From Dipteris shenzhenensis (lineage: Eukaryota), in assembly GCA_047967505.1 (NCBI GenBank), contig CM106538.1: a stretch of DNA of 64,000 nucleotides. One strand, given 5' to 3'. This document shows positions 1 through 11,800 of this stretch, piece after piece. Both the position numbers and the translations under genes were made by a program. How positions within the stretch are numbered: position 1 is the first letter of the stretch; the number at the start of each line of letters is the position of its first letter. A model generated the notes under the pieces. The model ran no database searches. It had not been told where the DNA came from and saw only the letters and a program-made list of their open reading frames with translations.

Positions 1-1085
1 CCAGAGAGTCATTTTGGACTCAAATGGGAGGTAGGGTCAACAAGCAGTTCTTCTCTACTCTTGGCCCAAGACATAGTAGGGAGAGCGTCTCACAGCTTGT
101 TGACATAGGCAGAGTTCTTCGGACACATCCAGATGCCGTCTTGCAAGTTGCCATCGATTTCTATGCCTCCCTTCGGGCCACAGATGATGCTAGAGTGGTT
201 ATTTGGCGACACTTACCTCGGTAAGTGACAGGGGATATGACTGTCTCACTTGATGCACCCTTCACCAACGTAGAGTTTAGGACTGCTCTCTCTGCCCTTC
301 ACAAGGGCAAGTGTCCTGCTTCAGATGGACTTACCCCCTTGTTTTTTATTACTTTTTAGGATCAAATTGGGGATCACATTAACTCACCCCACAAGGTGTA
401 TGGGACTCAGGTGAGATGCCAGACTCACTTACGGAGGGCCTCATTTGATTCCGAAAGGGGGTTTCAGGAATCTAGTGTCTCACTGGAGACTGATTACCTT
501 GTATAAAATCCTAGCTAAAGCTATCAGCCTTCGTCTGCAGCCCTTTCTCCCATATCTTATCCATGATACACAGACGGGTTTTGTGCATGGCAGGAGCATC
601 TTTGATAACATCTCCTCATTTTGGGAGGCTTCAGATTGGGCCATGCATAATGGCCACAGGCTGGCCATTCTACTCTTGGACTTTGAGAAAGCTTATGACA
701 GGGTAGACTAGGGCTTTCTAGAAGGCACACTTACTCGCTTTGGTTTCTCAGATGCATGGATCAAAGGGGTGTCAGCCCGCATTGCAGCTTGGCATATTTG
801 GAGAGCCAGGTGTACAGAGGCTATGGAGGGTATCCAGGTTCACCCTTCCCACGCTATGGCTAGTATTTGGACCGACACAGTACACACTCTAATGGCCATA
901 TGGGCGAGTCTGAGTCTCCCTCAGGATTGAGGTGGCATTTTCAGCCTCCGCCTCGGTTTTTTATTAGCTCATTTTGAGCTTTTTTTTCCTCATGCATTGC
1001 ATGATGTACTCCCGCATTTGAGCTTGCTCTCGCGGTTTTCATTTATACTTCATGAAGTAATTTTCTTGAAGAAACGAAAAAAAAA
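1..1085 (+). mobile_element. Degenerate non-LTR retrotransposon (L1/Tx1-like LINE), ORF2 reverse-transcriptase fragment and 3' end
   Basis: ORF 445-711 has LINE RT motifs (WRLITL-YKILAK, QTGFVHGRSIFDNI, LLLDFEKAYDRVD). The frame has stops and an internal deletion near 780. An A-run at ~1077-1085 may be the tail. Confidence 0.85.
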
Positions 1086-1312
1086 CTATCCATACTAGTG
1101 ATGGGAATCCCTATGTCAATTTCTACCATTCACGTGCCTTCCCCCCTCAAATGAGAGAGTGCCTACTCGCATGACTCTACCTCCATGGAAAGGCGGCTCC
1201 AAGTCCCAAACGACCTAGCTAAGCCAGTATCCCCCTGAGCCCAATCGAAGTGTGTCCACTAGCCAAGAATAAGTCCCTCCCGATCCCTAACCTCCACATG
1301 CCAAATGAGTGG

Positions 1313-2712
1313 TGTCACGGGGACGTGAAAAGTGATGTAAAGTATCTTTGTAACTCAACCCACGCTTAACCCGAGGTTAACCATGGTTAAGTGTAGTGAT
1401 GGTTTGGCCATGAGGAAGAGGGCCAGCAAAGGGCCCTTATATAGGGCTGCCTGCATAAAGTCGGCCAGGGGGGGGCAGAAAGTCGGCCAGAATGAGGATG
1501 CTGGTCGGTGGATTTCCAGCCCCTTGGGGGCTATATAAAGGGGCCATTGTGCCCTCACAATTCATCCAGCACTCCAGCAAATCCAGTTGCTATAGATAGA
1601 GCTCAAGAGGGCTGGTACCTTGGCTGTCTCCTAGGGCAGCAAGGAGCTGAGGTCAAAGGATGGAGAGTCTACATATGCTCAAGGTGGAGCACGCAGGCTC
1701 GAGTCTAGAGATATCCGGCAGATAGTAGAAGCACCTTGTGGTAAGATCAAAGTACCACGCTCTGGTGGAGCTTTGGATCTATCTCTCTTTTCTTGTGTCC
1801 ATAGTTTTGGACGGAAATATATTATTTTGGTAGCTTCTATATCTGGCTGGTTCATTATCTATTGACGAGTCTGCACATCTATGATGCACATCGTTTAAGA
1901 AGTTAGTGATCCACTCCCACACACACACAATGTGAGCTCTTGGGCTATTCTATCAGTCTTCTGCTATGCATACCCTCTGTTGGTCGATTTCTAACAGAAA
2001 CCTCCTGCACCCTGTGGGGAGCCTAGACAGAGGATAGGTGCGAGGAAAGAGCTCGCCCCTCTGCCTCAGACAGCGGGATTTGGTTCCAGGTTCTGTTTTT
2101 CATTGGTTTTTCCTGCTTTGGAGCTTTTTGCAGTGCATGTATGTTGTTTGCAGTCCTTTCAGGACTCCTACAGGTTCTAGCAAGTACCCAGAGGCAAGGG
2201 TGTTCCTGTGGAAGGCCTAAGGATAGTGTGGATGCATGTGATAGCCTGGAGGCTGCTTTGAGTTCAGTTTGCCAGTGGATTGGATGCTTGGATGCTTCTC
2301 ACTTGGGTCAGTTCAGAAGTGGATGCCTAAGATTGCCTTGCCAATTGGATTCTAGTGGTGCACTTAGATCGGATGGCCAGAGGATAGATAGAGGATTTTG
2401 CAGAGAGGAACAGTGCAAGGGTGAACCCCTTGTGTAAAGCATTTTCCATTTAGAAGCATTAAATAAATACCATAAGGGGCGCCAAGGCATTTGGGGCCAA
2501 TGGGTGCATTGTGTACTGTTTTCACTGAGCAAGGGCATTCAAGCCTCCCCTTTGTTGTTGTTGAAGTTTGTTTCTAAGTTTTACTAAGTGGTTGAAGTAA
2601 CTGAAGCTTGCATTGTGGCTATTTATGAAGTTTTTGACTGAGTAGAAGAAGATCATTGCCCTTTGTCTATTGAAGGCCGGTTTCAGTGGTTCCATTGCCG
2701 GGATTGTCACCA
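1313..2712 (+). repeat. Putative 5' LTR of the 1313-6565 element (3' boundary uncertain)
   Basis: TG start, TATA box, ends ...TTGTCACCA ahead of the gag leader. 1599-1961 aligns by eye with 18773-19141. Confidence 0.5.
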
Positions 2713-2931
2713 TCTTCCTATAGAGGTGAGCCCTGGTAGTGTTCAGTGGAGGACACCTTCATTGCAATTGTTGCTATAGCCATCAATCTTAGCAGGAGGG
2801 GCAAGAGGAAGACAGAGCATCAGAGAGCTTTGAAGAGGAGCACAACATCAGCAGGGGTGATTAGCAATAGGACAGTGGGGCACAGGCCGTTTCTCCTGAG
2901 CATGCCACTGAAGATTCACAGGATGAGGTAG

Positions 2932-5900
2932 ATGAGGCAGAGGATCTTGATCCCAATGCCCTTTTTCAAGCTGCAAATGCAAAGTGTAGTGGGAGCCCTG
3001 TTGCAGTTGCAACATGCCGTCACAGAGATTATGCAAGCTCCTCCCCCTGTGGTTGCTTCCCCTGGAAGCAAAAAGACAGCTCAGAAGAAACATAAGAAGC
3101 ATAAGAAGGCTCACAGGCGTGTATCTTTCAGTGGACAGCGTTCAAAGACACCCACATTCACCCCTGTAGCGGGTAATGCCAATAACTTTCACTCAGTCAA
3201 TCAAGGACAGCAAGCCCTTCCTCAGCCCATGATGCATCCAGAATACTTTGGAGGAGATCAGTTTTTCAAGTAATGGTGGAACCGCCCATAGAAGGGCCCG
3301 GAATGCCAGGCAGCTTTATGGGCAGCATGCAGCCCGGAATGCAGCCCCCTACAAATGCCAATATGATGTACTCAAACATTGGGATGCAACCTGGAATGCA
3401 GACAGGAATGCCTGGGACAATGGGCAATACTTGGAATATGCCACAGATGTAGGGAGTGGGACCAGGAATGCCTAACACCACCATGGGTACAGGTGGTATG
3501 GCTCCGAATGCGGGAGCAATGACGACTCTGCCCTTCTAGCACCTAGTTTATGACAATCTCACCCCTAAAGGCAAATTGAAAGACTACAAGGAGGGAGGGG
3601 CAGCTTTAAAGTTTGAAACCTTTAATGGCATGCAGGACAGATTGAAGGCTTTGACATTTGTGCAACTGTTTGATGCCGCCTACTCAAGTGGACACTTTAT
3701 ACAGTCTTCCAAAGTCCAAAAGGCAGCCACCTTTCTGAAGGGCAATACACTCCAATGGTGGAGCAACCTCCTCTTGCAAGGTAGAGCACCTACCACTTGG
3801 ATCGAATTCAAACAAGTCTTCTCAGCAACATGGCTCACTACCACTTTCGAGGTAGATATCATGACCGCCTGGTACAAGTTAGATGCTGCAAATTGCAGAA
3901 ATTTGGAGGATTACAATAAGTTTTAGGAAGCCCTACTACCACTAAATTCTTACAAACATGTACCGCTGTCCGAGCAAATTGAAAGGTATTGCTGCGGGTT
4001 GCCAAAGGAGATTCGGGACTACTGCACAAAGACAAGGGTCTCCAACATGTCACAGTTGATTGAGAACGCCACTACTGCTTTTGCACTCATGCAAGGGAAA
4101 GTTTTTGGGTTCAAAGGTAGCTCACAGGAGACATCAAAATCAAAGGGTAGCAAGACGGAATCTCCTAAGAAATTCAGAAAGTTCTAGCAGCCCATGAAAG
4201 AAAAGTTTGTTGCAGGATAGAGGCGAGTCCCGACCCGTATGTCAAATGAAGAAAAGCAAATTCTTTATGATGCCAACAAGTGTTATATTTGTAAGGAGGA
4301 GGGCCACAAGGCTTTTGAATGCCCACATAAGAAGCGGAAGTTCCCTCCTACTGAGCAGGGTGAGCACAAGGAGGAGAAGAGGACGGATCAAAAGAATAAA
4401 AAGCCCAAGCCCACTGCTAGTCTTTTGCCAGACTTGATTGGGGCTGTTCAGAATATAGATGCTACAAAGTTATGCCGGGCATGGGGCACGATAAGAGATC
4501 AAACAGCTCTAATGTTTTTGGATCCAAGAGCCAAGGCTAACTTTATCTCTCCAGAGCTGGCTGGAAAGTTGGGAATACGACCAAAAGAGATGGGTCCCTT
4601 GTGTGATGCAGATATGGCTTGTCCGGGGCTCAGCCAATTGTTTACTCTGGTGATAGGCAAGCTGCGAATGCATTTTCAGAGCTACATGGACACATAAGAG
4701 TTCTATATTATGCGGTTGAATGGTTGTGATGTGTTTCTGGGGATACCCTGGCACTTCCCTGTTGGGGCTGTTTTGGATACAAAGAATAAAACAATCACAA
4801 TCACTCACGTTCTTGATGCTAAATTGAGGGGAGAATCTATCCCTGTTGTATCTGCTTCTGCCATTGGCAACGTAATGAAAAAAGCACCTTTCAGCGTACT
4901 TAGTGTTTGCATCTGAAGTTAGTAGAAGAAGAGTCTCATTTTTCTAAGCTGGAAAAACAGCGAACAAAGTGACTTTTTCAGTTTAAGGAATGTTTTTCTG
5001 ACTCACTTCCACAGGATTGCCCCTTGAAAGGCCAGAAAACCATAAGATAGATATAATACCTGGTAGCAGCCCTCCTAACCAACCTCCTTATAGGGTCAGT
5101 GCAAGCCTAGCAAAAGGAAATTATGAACTAGGTCAAGGACCTGTTGCAGAAGGGGCTGATTCAGCCCAGCTCTTCACCCTACTGCTCACCCATGCTCTTG
5201 GTCCAGAAGAAGGATGGATCTTGGCGGATGTGGATTGACTACAGAGCCCTCAATAAAATTACCATTAAGAACAGATTCCCTATACCCAGAATAGATGATA
5301 TTTTGGATAGGTTACAGGGGTCTGGAATGTTCAGCTGCATTGATCTGAAGAGTGGCTATCACCAGATCAGAATTCAGCCAGAGGATGTGCACAAAACAGC
5401 ATTTTGTACCACATTTGGTCTGTACGAGTTTCTTGTCATGCCATTTGGATTAACGAATGCACCTGCCACCTTCAACAGAATGATGGACAAGATTTTTTTC
5501 GCACACCGAGCCTACGTTGGCACTTTCTTTGATGACATCATCGTGTTCTCTCAGGATGAGGCTGTACACAAGAAGCACCTGGCAATTGTTCTTGAGGAGC
5601 TACAGAAGCATAAGTTGCTTGTCATGCCAAGAAAAGCAAATTTTTCATGCATGAGATCTATTTTCTCGGGCACATTGTTTCCAAGGATGGAGTTAGGATG
5701 GACCCCGCCAAGGTAGAGGCCATCAGAAATTGGCCACACCTGAAGAACATCCATGAAGTACACAGGCGGTACTTTCTCACTCAAAGAAAGTTGTCTGAGA
5801 AGCATATGAGGTGGGCAAGTTTTCTTTCTATGTTTCATTTTCAGATTGTGCATGTGCCTAGGAAGAAGAATGTTGTTGCAGATGCACTCTCACGAAAGCC

Positions 5901-6565
5901 CACCCCACATGCAATGACTGTTAAGCCACAAGTTTCAGCCATAACCATTGCATATCATGATGAGCTTGATGCCATGAAGGATCAATATGCCAAAGATGCT
6001 GATTTTTCACGGATTTATGATCAGTTGGTTGATGGTCAGAGGCATGAGCACTCTACTCTCAAAGATGGTTTTCTGATGATGCATGGCAGACTGTGTGTCA
6101 CGAAACAGTTGAGGCCAAAAGTGTCGACAGAGAGTCATGCTCCACCCTATGCAGGACACAGAGGCATTGATGCCACCATCAAAGCTGTGGAGCACTATTT
6201 CTTTTAACCATCATTGAGGAAGGATGTCGAGGCATATGTTAGGACATGCATCACCTGCCAGAAGGTGAAATATGACAGACAGAAGCCCGCTGGCTTGCTG
6301 CAACCTTTACCTATTCCTAATTGACCCTGGTAGAGCATTGCCATGGATTTTACCTTTGATCTTCCTCATACACCAACGGGACATGATGGGATATGGACCA
6401 TTATTTGCAGATTCAGCAAGCAGGCCCACTTTATTCCCATAAGGAAGAAAATTACAGCAGGGCAGATGGCGAGACTTTTTATGTCTCATGTGTTTAAACA
6501 TCACAGGATGCCTCAATCAATTGTCAATGATCGAGACCCGTGGATAACAAATCTTTTCTGGACTT
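2932..6565 (+). pseudogene. gag-pol of a Ty3/gypsy element, frameshifted with stops
   Basis: Gag (ATFLKGNTLQWW), zinc knuckle CYICKEEGHKAFEC, protease FLDPRAKANFIS, RT (IDYRALNK...MPFGLTNAPATF...FFDDI). RNase H is largely deleted at ~5760. Integrase remnant HAPPYAGHRG...MDFTFDLP. Confidence 0.9.
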
Positions 6566-7288
6566 CTTCCATGATGGCTAAGAGATGTGATATTTCACAC
6601 CCCTAACTGAGGCATTCTTAGTTTCTTTCGATCTGCACACTTTGTATGGCAGTTCCTTTACTTCAGAATTTTCCAATCACCATAAGTCTCTAGCAGCCTT
6701 TTGTCACTCACTGTGCTCCAAGTTGGTGATGCTTGCTGCAAGGTTTCCTTGGGGCTAGCTGCACTGTTTTGTTCTTCGAAGGGTAGTCACAAATTTCCAC
6801 TACACCTTCTTCCTTCCAGTATCATTGCACTTTTCTATGCACCAATGGGCCTCTATGCCTAAGTTACCTCTACATAGCATGCGTGCTACCACTTGTAGGT
6901 TCCATTTTACCACAATTGAAAGTCGCCTTCCATCAACAGCTTGTGTAAAGGAGACAAACATGAATGCATTTCTCTACATATATCAAGGACAAGGGAGTGC
7001 AGAGCTGCAGGTAGCCCGGATGGACCTATACCATATGTTAGTCCCAGTATTTCAACAGTCCAAATAGTGCATTGTTTATGAGACGTCACGAGAGTCTCGT
7101 TTCTACCATCCTCCTATATGCATTAATGCGGACCCCTTTGGTCGGAAGTTACCAATAACCAGGGAAAATTTTGATAGATTAGAGTCTTTAGTACAATGGA
7201 GATTCACTTGAAGCTTCTAGTTGTTAAACGATTACTTGATTAATGAGATCAAATATAATATTTGAAAAACGAAGATAAAGATACACAC

Positions 7289-8788
7289 AGCTTTTTTCTC
7301 TTGTTTGAACTTGTTGCTAACAGCTGCAAACCGTGCCAAGACCTGCACGCTCAAAACACGAACTTTGAAGCCACATAAGATTTCCTTCTGCATGTGTTAC
7401 ATAGATGAAGCGAAAGACTCTAAAAGATCGATGTTGCAAGAATCAAACGTGTGCAAAGAGGTCTGTCACAAGAATATAAGAAAACTGGCCTCTTTGTATT
7501 CCAGCTCAAATTGCCTTAATTCATTTCGTTTTGATAATAACTGTGCTTCAATAGTTTTAAGCTTCTCTGTAGAATCGTGGAAGGATTCGGCAGAAAGCGC
7601 CTCAATTGTATATGTTACACTCGTAAAAAAATTATCACCTGGAAAAGAAGCCACACTCTAAAAGATAGTACACACAATGTATTCCTGCAAAAGTACTGAA
7701 GAACCAGTAGCATGAATCAATATGAAAAGCATCACATCTCTCACCATAGACAGCAAAAATGTGTGCTCCAGCTTTCAATTCCGATAATTCACATGGCTGT
7801 AAACCCTCAAGCTTCTTAAAGAAAGCAGCATCTAGATCCTTAGCCATCGCCAACTACGGCGAATGTTTACATCAATCTTTAGAAAAGCATAGAGTTTTGG
7901 AAATTTTATGACATAGCATAATAAAGATCTCTAGAAGCCAATGTTGGATGTGCAAAAAAAAGGGTCCCTTTATATTATTATATTAAAAACAAGCTTTAGT
8001 TTCTCAACGAGTCACTCAAAATGCATGTTTACTGTCTCCAAGATAAGCATTTCAGCATAAACCATCATGAAAATTATGACATATCTTTGGCTTTTTCAAC
8101 ACAATGCCCGCTTTTGTCTAAGAAAATATCTGTGTATACCGCATTCATTGTGGGGTCTTGCCGATACACTTGAAAATGTAGAAAATACATTCCTGCTGAT
8201 GTAACCCGTCCGGTCTTTAAGCTGTCCTCCTGGAGTGTAGTAAAATAAGATTTTAGCAATTCACTTTACCCCAAAGTTTACTGGTGCTAGAAAACACTGT
8301 TCTGACTAAACATGCATGCATGCATGTGCGCACGCACACACGCACTTACACATTTGGTAAAGTCTATTTGTATTACAAGAAGCAGTCCCAAGATTGGGAA
8401 CATGCGACCACCACATCAAAAGATAGCATTGTATGACACGCATGCAAGATAATCCAATTGACAAGCACGCAGACAATCAAAGAAAGATTGCCGTAGAGAC
8501 GCCCAGAAGAAATGATACTTGACTAGAGACGGATCACCCAAACTGTGTGTGTGTGTGTGCGTGTGCGCGCGCGTGCGCGTGCGCTTCATAGTTTGACAGT
8601 TGTTCTTTTTCCGCTTTTCTCTATGTACTTTTTAGTGGGTTTTTACCTCTGTTGAGGCTTTCCACTCAGTAATATAAGACTTACCAAAAAAAAGTGTGTG
8701 TGTGTGTGTGTAATACATATACAATACACATACATACCCAAAAGAAAAAGTGTGTAATACATATACAATACACATACATACATACATA

Positions 8789-8819
<31 letters not shown>

Positions 8820-11800
8820 ATGTGCGTGTGTGTACAGACACACACACGCTCACACACATTTTTTTTTGTGAAATCCATTTGTCACTATATTACATAGACA
8901 GTCCCATGAAAAGGGACAGCCAATTACAATTATCAAAAGATATCATTAAATGACAAGAAGGCACGATAGTCTAAATCCCGAGCATTAGACAATCATACAA
9001 ATATTTCCTTAAGGATGCCCGGAAGAACGGATACTTAGCTAGAGAGGGATCACCAAAAACTCGATGGTTACGGTCCTTTCATAGAGTCCATAGTGCCCAA
9101 TAATGAACCTAGTAAAAGACAAGATCACAAACCTACCTTACTGGATGAAAACCAAACAGCAAAAAATGCTTGTCAAGACAAGCACTGGGAAAAACGAGCT
9201 TGAAGCCTTTGCCTTAGCAACAACAAAAAATTATAGAGCAATGCCAAAACATATGAGGCACAAAATCCCACGAAGACCAACATCATTGACAAGTGGCAGG
9301 AGCAATATGACGATGAGCCAAAAGTTGTCAGAACCGGACAGCACCAAGTAAAACTCGCCACTAGAAGAACTTTTGCCAAAGAGGCAGTTTTGAATACCAA
9401 GTTTATTGCAATCTTTGGCGCCACCACCCAAAGGAGTGTGTGACTGACCAATGCAATTGGCATGAAGAGAAACCCAAGGAAGAGGCAGCAAGGCCTTATA
9501 TACAAATGCAACCGTGACATCTGCCAATAGTACTCAATTGTAAAACCCAGTCTTTAAGGCGGTCCAGTATCTCAAGACGAGGTATGGGCAGATAATCATG
9601 TAGCATCTCTGACAATAAAGACCAAAGAGGTCTCTATTGTCACACACACATTCTTTTTTGTGAAATCCATTTGTCCTTTGCCAAGTCATTTCTAGAATTG
9701 TGTCTCGATTACCTCTTGTGTGCACAAGAGAGAGGAGTGAGATATGAGTGTTAATCTGATCTGTGAGAATCCACCCTTCCGCTATAGGGGTAGTGAGGTG
9801 TATGCTGCCTTATTATCTCTGACAGTGCACTGGCTGGGAGGTGAATGAATTTGAGCTGCTCCTGCATGTTCTGAAGGAGGCATGCTTGTATGACAAATTG
9901 TAGCATCATCACAAAATGAGGAGAGCGTGGGGGAGGACCTAGGGTAGAAGATGTCCAAAGAAGAGAGAGAGAGAGAGAGCGGGGCTGCCACATGGGCAAG
10001 AGAAGAAGAATGCAAGAGATGGCACCAAGTACAACGCATGGAAATGGTTTGGAAGGAGGCAGCTTTGGAAGAGCAGGAAAGGGCCAAAAGCGCCTAGGAT
10101 GGCTGGCCTATGGGCAGGTTAGGGGCTTGGCAGCAGCAAAGGGAAGGGCTGCAATAGGGCAGCACCCTGCCCTTATAAAGGGCCATGGAGCTGGCTGGTC
10201 ACCCATATGGCCCAACCCACAACCCCATACATAGGGGGGAGTGGAGGGGGCCAGCCACTCAGCTGGCACACAAAACAGGGGGATGGGCCCTGTCACGAGG
10301 GTGTGATTTCTGGCGCATGCAATGAGCAAGGCCCTAGGTTGCTTGGAATGCTAGAAACCCTTGGGAGAGCAAGGAACAAGGCCCTCGGTTGCTTGGAATG
10401 CTAGAAACCCCTAGCAATTAATGCCTTGGGGGTAAAAATGGTGGTTGGGTCCAAGAAGGGGCAAAAAGCCCTAAGGATCCAAGGTTGGGCCATTGGAATG
10501 GTCCCCATAGAAGGGGCAAGGGGCAAATGTACCTTAAGTTGGTCATTGGAGTTGACCTACTACAAGGCATGGGGGCAAAGGCAAATTTAGGTCCAAGGGG
10601 AAATCCAAAGTGTGGGCTGCCACATGGCATGCCCATGCAAATCAAAACGGAAAGGGTTTACCTTGGAAGAACCGGGGTTGACCGGCGGGCGTGAAAAAGG
10701 CGTGAACAGACGGAAAGAGGTGGCACAAGCGTCGATGGGGAGGACGTAGGACGAATTGGCCTCGGGTTGAAGGGGATCTTGGGCTGGGCAAGTGGCACCC
10801 AACGGAGGGACAAGCTAGTCGGCACTAGTGGTTGTGGGCTAGTAAGCCAAAGTACAAATGCTTCCTTTCTCCCTTATGCTGTGGGCAGCTCAGTGAGGGG
10901 CTGGCTGAACATTCCAAATCTTGGCTGGCCAACGAAGGGCAATTCTTTTGATGTTGGTTGTATTTATATGCTTTATTTCTCTGCTCGGAGCATATAAATG
11001 GCCATGGAGGCCCTGGTAATGATTATGTGGGACTGTGTGGCCTGGTAAGGCTGCTAGAAACAGTTTTGGGCTAAGTGTCATTTGTTGGATTAGAATTAAA
11101 TGCTAACTGTTAAGCTTGGTGAGAGCAATGCATAACAAAGTGTAAGCATGGGGCATCGATGCCTACAGAGTGTTAAGCCTTGCCAATGGATGCTAGCTCT
11201 GTATCCTTGCTTTATCCTTGTCCTGAGCAAGTGAATGGCTAAGAGGGCACTCAAGGCAGCTAAGGGAGTCTGTGTGACCAAGTATTGGTTGCTAGGGACA
11301 GGCCTAAGCTGAGTGCAAGTGATTTGGACCTGAAATGGATGCTCTTTAGCTATGCTTGATGGAGGTCACTTTCAATAGAGATTATGCTTTGGTTTCTTTA
11401 AGAGATGGGTCACACAGAAGGTGGACTCATGCCAGTTGGCCTTGATTGTATTGAGGCAGCTACAACAGAGTTTCAAAAGCTTCGTTACGACTGTGACAGT
11501 AGGACAAAGGATCAAACCTCTAACTTTTGAGGAGTTGGGTCCATTGTTGCTCTAGGAAGAAGCTAGGGAGAAGCTCTACAACAATGACAACGATGACAAG
11601 GCGTTGCTAGCAAAGTGTCATGTGCACGGATTGGTATCTGACGTGTACTAGGTACACAGAACTAGCTCAGGTTAGCCTGGGGAGGCTTAGAGCTAGGCAG
11701 GCTTGATTCTCGGGTTGAGTGGCAAGGGTACGAACTATTTATAGGTCTTCGCTATTTTTGGCGCCGGGGCCCGAGTCTATAAAAGAGGCCCAGGGGGTTC

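Larger units (their letters stand above)
1313..6565 (+). mobile_element. 3'-truncated Ty3/gypsy LTR retrotransposon
   Basis: Starts TGTCAC at 1313 with LTR-like sequence (TATATAA near 1532), followed by gag, protease, RT and integrase remnants. Breaks off inside integrase at ~6565; no 3' LTR found. Confidence 0.85.

Noticed and set aside
8632-8953. His/Thr/Cys-Val repeat ORFs
   Set aside because: Translations of dinucleotide microsatellites.
8335-9676. Diverged ~210-bp duplication (8335-8544 vs 8841-9061) and a 35-bp repeat at ~9641
   Set aside because: Real but weak similarity inside an intron, with no interpretable structure or coding signal.
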